DNA of 64,000 nucleotides from Bacteroidota bacterium (GTDB lineage Bacteria; Bacteroidota; Bacteroidia; Sphingobacteriales; Sphingobacteriaceae): NCBI GenBank assembly GCA_040386095.1, contig JAZKGD010000001.1, positions 1,467,530 to 1,531,529 of the forward strand, read 5' to 3'. Shown piece by piece: positions 58,415 to 64,000 of this stretch (position 1 is its first letter; each line of letters starts with the position of its first letter). The notes under the pieces were generated by a model. It saw only the letters and a program-made list of their open reading frames with translations, ran no database searches and was not told where the DNA came from. The position numbers and the translations under genes were made by a program.

Positions 58415-59320
58415 TTATTTCAACGAAATCTGAGCCTTCCCCATTTCAAATCCATCACAATACAAAATAATTGAATATGTTCCTTTTATAAATTCTTTAG
58501 GATTGGTCCAATCTACATTAAAGATGGTATCGTCGTTGTTATATGAAATTTGAAGTTTGTTGCTATATTGCATTTGCTGGCCATTGGCTTCAAAAAAATC
58601 ATTATCATTTGCAATTAAGTTTCCTGCCGGATCGAAAACTCTTAAGAATACTTTCCTAAAATTTTTTTCTGCGAGCTCATTCGAAGCAATGGTGAAATTG
58701 ATAACAAATTTATTAGCCGCATTGGCTTTAGTTACCAAAATAAGTTTCCCATTGCTCTTCACTTTATACGCAGAAATACCGATGTTGCTTGTTTTTAGGG
58801 CTTCACCAACTTTTACTTTTGCATTTAAATTTTCAGTTTGCTTTTCAAGCTCTTCAGCTTTTTGGGTAATTACCTCGGTTGCATTTTTTAAACTATCACG
58901 CTCCGACTTTAAATAAGAATTTTCCTTTTCCAAACGTGTAATTTGATCGTTGTAGTTTTTTACAAACTCTTTTAGGGACGTAATTTGTTTTTGTGCCTCA
59001 TCTAAATCACCCTGTGTTAACTTTCCCTTTTGTAATGCAGTTCTAAGTTCAGCTATCTTATCTCTAGCTAACTGTTGTTCTTCCTGTAATTTATCACTTA
59101 ACGTAAGATTTAGCGAGTTAACTTTATCTAACTCTGCCTCAATTTTTTCGACCTCGAGGTTTAAACGGTCTTTCTCAGTGCTCACGGTTACAAAACGACT
59201 ACTCTGTTGCTTATCTTTAAAATATAAGTAAGCGTTTATTCCCAAAAGGGCAGCAATAACGATGATTAAAAAATAAACTTTGTTTCGATCAACCTTATTT
59301 ACAGGATCCTGTTCTTGCAT
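58415..59320 (-). CDS. Membrane-anchored coiled-coil hypothetical protein
   Basis: One N-terminal TM, a long heptad region and a beta-rich C-terminus. Confidence 0.75.
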   Translation of the reverse strand: MQEQDPVNKVDRNKVYFLIIVIAALLGINAYLYFKDKQQSSRFVTVSTEKDRLNLEVEKIEAELDKVNSLNLTLSDKLQEEQQLARDKIAELRTALQKGKLTQGDLDEAQKQITSLKEFVKNYNDQITRLEKENSYLKSERDSLKNATEVITQKAEELEKQTENLNAKVKVGEALKTSNIGISAYKVKSNGKLILVTKANAANKFVINFTIASNELAEKNFRKVFLRVFDPAGNLIANDNDFFEANGQQMQYSNKLQISYNNDDTIFNVDWTNPKEFIKGTYSIILYCDGFEMGKAQISLK

Positions 59321-59515
59321 ATTTGAATTTTTTATTGGGCAAAATTAAAGCTCAATACTATAAAATTTTATAAGTTACAACTGCTAACTTAATATAAAAA
59401 AGCGAGAAGTGTAAAAAATGTAGCACTTTTGTATCAAAATTTTAAAATTCCCGTTTAATATTAACGTTCATTCTGAACACAATTGTACGTTAACTAAATA
59501 ATATCTAAACTACTA

Positions 59516-61057
59516 ATGATCAAAAGTACCCTTTTCACTTTTTTATTCTCTTTTACCCTCCTAAATATAACTTTTGCTCAAAATAAAGAAATAATCCCAC
59601 CGAAACGCGAATTTAGAGGGGTATGGGTTGCTACCGTAACCAATATCGATTGGCCTTCAAAACCCGGCCTATCTGTTGATCAGCAAAAACAAGAGTTAAT
59701 TGGGATTTTAGAACAACATAAGCAAACTGGGATAAATGCAATAATGCTGCAAATTAGGCCTACCGCCGATGCATTGTACGCAAAATCAAGAGAGCTCTGG
59801 AGCCACTGGCTAATGGGAAAACAAGGCTTGGCACCTGCATCAGGGTATGATCCACTTGAGTTTGCTGTAAATGAAGCTCATTTTAGGGGGATGGAATTGC
59901 ATGCTTGGTTTAACCCATATCGGGCCACGATGAGCGCAAGAACAGTTACCAGCCCAGATCATATTACCAAAAAGCGGCCTGAATTATTTTACACCTATGG
60001 CGGACAAAAACTCTTTGATCCAGGGTTGCCCGAAGTGAGGGCTTACATAGTTCAGGTAATTTTAGATGTAGTTAAAGGATACGATATTGATGGCGTTCAT
60101 TTCGATGATTATTTTTATCCCTATCGAATAGCTGGACAAAAAATTATTGATCAGGCCACTTTTGCAAAATACCCAAACGGGTTTACAAATATTGAAGATT
60201 GGCGTCGAAATAATGTTGATCTTTTAGTGAAAATGGTAAATGATAGCGTGCACCATTACAAAAAACACATCAAGTTTGGCGTCAGTCCTTTTGGGATTTG
60301 GAAAAACTTTCGTGAAGATACACTGGGCTCTAAAACAAATGGCTTATCGAATTACCATGAATTGTATGCCGACTCTAGAAAATGGATTAAAGAAGGCTGG
60401 GTAGATTATATTAACCCACAGATCTATTTTACCTTTAGTAGAGCTGTTGCACCTTTTGGCGTGCTGTTAGATTGGTGGGGCAATAACACCTTTGGCAGGC
60501 ATTTGTATATTGGCCAAGCAGCCTATCTGGTACACAGCCCTTATGCAAAAGGCGAAGCTGCTTGGGGCGTTTTTAGTGAAATTCCAAATCAAATTAGGGC
60601 CATTAGAAATAATGGAAGGGCTCAAGGAAGTATTTTCTTCAGCTCAAAATCACTCTCAACTGTTGCAAAGAGCTTAACCGATTCATTAAGGAATAATTTT
60701 TATAAGTACCCTGCTTTACCTCCACAAATGCCTTGGCTTGATGAAATAGTGCCGAATGAGCCACAACAGTTTAGTGCCGAAGCTAAAAATGATGGAATTC
60801 ACCTAAAATGGGTTAAACCTTTAAAAGCAACGGATGGGGAAACAGCCTCAGGCTATGTAGTGTATCGCTTTAATGAGGGAGAAAAACCCAGTACCATCAA
60901 CCCGAAAAACATTGTCAAAATTAGCTTTGAAGACTTCCCTTTTTATTTAGATACAACCGTAGAAAAGGGGGGGAGATATACCTATGTAATTACGGCACTC
61001 GATCGATTAAAGAACGAGAGTGAAGGAAGTTTGCCTGTTGGTGTTATGGCAAAATAG
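59516..61057 (+). CDS. GH10-like (GHL10, YddW/DigH-type) glycoside hydrolase with C-terminal FN3 domain
   Basis: EFRGVWVATV, ELHAWFNPY, DGVHFDDYFYP and PQIY motifs. Confidence 0.88.
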   Translation: MIKSTLFTFLFSFTLLNITFAQNKEIIPPKREFRGVWVATVTNIDWPSKPGLSVDQQKQELIGILEQHKQTGINAIMLQIRPTADALYAKSRELWSHWLMGKQGLAPASGYDPLEFAVNEAHFRGMELHAWFNPYRATMSARTVTSPDHITKKRPELFYTYGGQKLFDPGLPEVRAYIVQVILDVVKGYDIDGVHFDDYFYPYRIAGQKIIDQATFAKYPNGFTNIEDWRRNNVDLLVKMVNDSVHHYKKHIKFGVSPFGIWKNFREDTLGSKTNGLSNYHELYADSRKWIKEGWVDYINPQIYFTFSRAVAPFGVLLDWWGNNTFGRHLYIGQAAYLVHSPYAKGEAAWGVFSEIPNQIRAIRNNGRAQGSIFFSSKSLSTVAKSLTDSLRNNFYKYPALPPQMPWLDEIVPNEPQQFSAEAKNDGIHLKWVKPLKATDGETASGYVVYRFNEGEKPSTINPKNIVKISFEDFPFYLDTTVEKGGRYTYVITALDRLKNESEGSLPVGVMAK

Positions 61058-61069
61058 TAGGAATTATTA

Positions 61070-61138
61070 AACCACATAGAAACATAGAACACATAGCCAA
61101 ACGTATATAAACTATGTGCACTATGTTTCTATGTGGTT
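61070..61138. repeat. REP-like long palindrome between convergent genes
   Basis: AACCACATAGAAACATAG / CTATGTTTCTATGTGGTT (18 bp perfect) plus an inner CACATAG/CTATGTG. Confidence 0.8.
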
Positions 61139-61160
61139 AGTTACCCCATTCCCTAAAGAA

Positions 61161-64000
61161 CTATTTCTCAGGTACCAAAACCAAACGGATATAATTATCT
61201 CCGCTTAAATAGTGTTGAGCAGCTTCCTTACTGCTTGCCACTGTTACCTTGTTTAACCTCTCCTTATTACTTAAGAGTAGATTAATATCGTCGGCATACT
61301 TTAAACGGGTGCTTAAATAATTTAACCAATATCCATTATTGCGCAAGCTAAGTTCTTCTTGTCTTTGCTCTTCTGATTTAAACTTTTTAAGATCCTCTTC
61401 TGTTGCGCCATTTTGTTTAAATGAGTTTACCTCATCTAGTGCAGCGGCAATAAGTTTCTCTACGTTCGCTTTCGAGCAATTAAAAGAAATGGTGAAATAA
61501 TAGTGCCCAACAGGGTATTTTTCGACACTTAAGCCTACATTTGGACTATAAACCCCACTCTCTTTCTCACGTAAGCGTTCTAAAATTTTAATTTCTAACG
61601 CGCTTTTTAAGGCATCTAATTGTACATTATTTTCAGCGTTATACGTATAATCTCCATGTAAAAACAATTGAACAGTTGCTTTATCCTCTAAGCCCCTAGC
61701 CACCGTCTTGCTTACTTTTCCTTTTGGTGGATATACACCATTGTCGACAAAATTTTCGTTTCTGTTAAGTGAAGGTAAGCTAGCTAAATAGGTAGCAATA
61801 AAAGGTTTGATTTTTTCTACGTCAAAATTACCAACAAAAACAAAGGTTTGTCCACTTGCATCAGCAAAACGATCTTTGTAAAAAGCATATGCCTTGTCTA
61901 AATTTATTTTATCTAAATCACTTAATGTAGTTGGCATGCCACGTTTGTGGTAATTTGCTAAAACCGCCTGTACGGTGTCGGCATATACACTGGTCGGATT
62001 AGCATCTTTATTCCCCAAAATCACCTTCATATCGCTGATGTTCTTATTAAAAATTTCAGCGTCTTTACGTGGATTGGTTGCATAGGCATAAATTAACTGA
62101 AAAGCACTTTCTAAATCTTTAGGTGCAGCACTTCCAGAAAAACCTTGGTACTCATTATTGATATATGATCCCGCATTTGCTGTATTTCCAGCTAAATACT
62201 TGTTTAGTTGCGTCGGATTAAAATCGCCAACACCACTTTGGGCGATGATACTTGAATTTTCGGCCGATAGGAAATCAGTGTTATTTGCTAAAGACGACCC
62301 GCCCTTGCCAAAAGAGGTAAAAATAATCTGATCGTTTTTAAAATCCGTTGGCTTTAAAACCACCTTAACGCCATTACTTAGGGTAAGGGTTGTAATTCCT
62401 ATTTTATCATTTTTAGTTTCTGCAGTAATTTTACCAGCTGTTGGTAATTTAGCAATTAGGGGTTTATCTACACGATCATCTACATATGCCACAACGCCTT
62501 TACCTGCATTTTGAAGCGCATTTAATAATTCTGCTTCACTTGGCAAATTAGCTTTATCTTTTTCTGGAGCCTGAATTACAACTACTTGGTTGTTTTTGGT
62601 GATATATGTTTTAGCCGCCTCATTTACTTCAGCAAGGCTGATGCTTTCAAGGTCTTTTTTTGTTAGCTCATACGAATAATCGATAGATGGCATGCTGGTG
62701 CCTTCTAAAAAGTGATTTAAATATTTTTGCACAAAAGTAGAAGAAGAAGTTTTATCCTTTTCTTTGAAACGTTTCTCGTTACTAGCTGCAATATTCTTTT
62801 TTGCAGCATCGAACTCGGACGCTACAAACCCGAACTTACTCATACGTTCTGCTTCAGCTACTGCTGCGGTTAAGGCACCTTTTACACTTGCGCCATCTTT
62901 TGCAACAGCCACAACTGTAAATGCATCATAACCCCATACTAAACCACCTTGATAGGGGCCATAAGCACCTTGTGCAAATAAGAATGGTGCATTTCCTTTT
63001 TGTGTAATTTCTTGTATGCGTGCTCCAAACATGCTGTTAATCATGTTATTAACCAAACTCTTTCTAAAATCAGCAGTGGTTTTAATGGTCGACCCTTTTT
63101 GACGGTAAATTACTTGCGCCACATTATATGGTTGCTCGGCATCGGTTACAATCTTAACCATTGGAGCAGCATTATCTGGCATGGTATAATTAACTCGAGG
63201 TTTTGGATTTTTAGGATTGGTTAAACCAGAGAAATTTTCAATAATTAATTTCTCAACTTCGTTTACATCAAAATCACCAACAGCAATTACCGATTGAAGA
63301 TTTGGACGATACCAATCGCTATAAAATGAACGAATTTTATCGTGTGTAAAGTTGTTTAAGATTTCTACTTTTCCAATAGGAATACGATTTGCATATCTAG
63401 AATTAGCCAATAATAAGGGTAATAATTGATTGCTCATTCTTTGTTGAGCATTTTTTCCACGTTGACGATCTTCTTCAACAATAACACCACGTTCACTATC
63501 AATATCGGCTCCATTCATGCTCACTTTACCAGCCCAATTGGATAATATTTTAAATGCTGTTTTAAATACCAATGCGCTATCTGTTGGGATAGGCAGTTGA
63601 TATACGGTTTGATTAAAACCAGTATATGCATTTAAATCGGCACCAAAACGTACACCCGCTTTCTGCAAATAATTTATGATTTCATTTTTTGGAAAATCTT
63701 TGGTTCCATTAAAGGCCATGTGTTCAGTAAAGTGGGCTAAGCCTAATTGCGCATCGTCTTCCATTAATGATCCAATTCTATTGGCCAAGTATAATTCGGC
63801 TCTATTTTTTGGCTCTACATTCTTTTTAATATAATAAACCAAACCATTGGGTAGCTTCCCAATTTTTACCGTTGGGTCTAAGGGTATGGTTGTTCCTACA
63901 CTTGCTTTAGCTACAGTTTTTGGTTGAACTGCTTTTTGTTGTGCTAAAGCAGAAGTTGAAAATAGGATTGTTGCCAATCCCCAAATTAAGATGTGTTTCT
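61161..64000 (-). CDS. M16 family zinc peptidase (PqqL-like), start just outside window
   Basis: HFTEH (HxxEH), FGADLNAYT and R-Y in RYANRIPIG. The frame stays open to the window edge (KHILIWGLATILF signal peptide). Confidence 0.92.
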   Translation of the reverse strand, partial: KHILIWGLATILFSTSALAQQKAVQPKTVAKASVGTTIPLDPTVKIGKLPNGLVYYIKKNVEPKNRAELYLANRIGSLMEDDAQLGLAHFTEHMAFNGTKDFPKNEIINYLQKAGVRFGADLNAYTGFNQTVYQLPIPTDSALVFKTAFKILSNWAGKVSMNGADIDSERGVIVEEDRQRGKNAQQRMSNQLLPLLLANSRYANRIPIGKVEILNNFTHDKIRSFYSDWYRPNLQSVIAVGDFDVNEVEKLIIENFSGLTNPKNPKPRVNYTMPDNAAPMVKIVTDAEQPYNVAQVIYRQKGSTIKTTADFRKSLVNNMINSMFGARIQEITQKGNAPFLFAQGAYGPYQGGLVWGYDAFTVVAVAKDGASVKGALTAAVAEAERMSKFGFVASEFDAAKKNIAASNEKRFKEKDKTSSSTFVQKYLNHFLEGTSMPSIDYSYELTKKDLESISLAEVNEAAKTYITKNNQVVVIQAPEKDKANLPSEAELLNALQNAGKGVVAYVDDRVDKPLIAKLPTAGKITAETKNDKIGITTLTLSNGVKVVLKPTDFKNDQIIFTSFGKGGSSLANNTDFLSAENSSIIAQSGVGDFNPTQLNKYLAGNTANAGSYINNEYQGFSGSAAPKDLESAFQLIYAYATNPRKDAEIFNKNISDMKVILGNKDANPTSVYADTVQAVLANYHKRGMPTTLSDLDKINLDKAYAFYKDRFADASGQTFVFVGNFDVEKIKPFIATYLASLPSLNRNENFVDNGVYPPKGKVSKTVARGLEDKATVQLFLHGDYTYNAENNVQLDALKSALEIKILERLREKESGVYSPNVGLSVEKYPVGHYYFTISFNCSKANVEKLIAAALDEVNSFKQNGATEEDLKKFKSEEQRQEELSLRNNGYWLNYLSTRLKYADDINLLLSNKERLNKVTVASSKEAAQHYLSGDNYIRLVLVPEK

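Overview
64 kb of a Bacteroidota chromosome. Gene content and TAnnTTTG promoters suggest Pedobacter-like Sphingobacteriaceae (inference). Most of the window is intact housekeeping or envelope genes: pdhB, tex, trpE/G/C with a Trp attenuator, hflX, rbfA, aat, a SNF2 helicase, aroE, gldD, mqnB/D, queD, folE, fabD, a sensor kinase and an M16 peptidase. Two regions stand out. (1) 13.6-14.0 kb is a self-contained unit of promoter, two tandem tRNA-like RNAs and terminator, divergent from an AsnC-type regulator. Both RNAs have a tRNA-Leu-type D-arm, a GUC (Asp) anticodon, the AspRS identity set, a tRNA-Asn-like U1:A72 pair and oversized variable regions of 41 and 72 nt. (2) 4.3-10.6 kb is a modular bacteriocin or polymorphic-toxin-like locus. 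It holds a 240-aa double-glycine-leader protein with an internal SusC-type TonB-box motif and a hydrophobic C-terminal domain, a candidate immunity gene, a second orphan toxin-tip/immunity cassette, and a divergent C39-peptidase ABC exporter plus HlyD. Reading-frame lesions cluster in 2.2-7.7 kb. I recognised no integrase, transposase, rRNA or CRISPR array. All calls come from reading the sequence; no searches were run.
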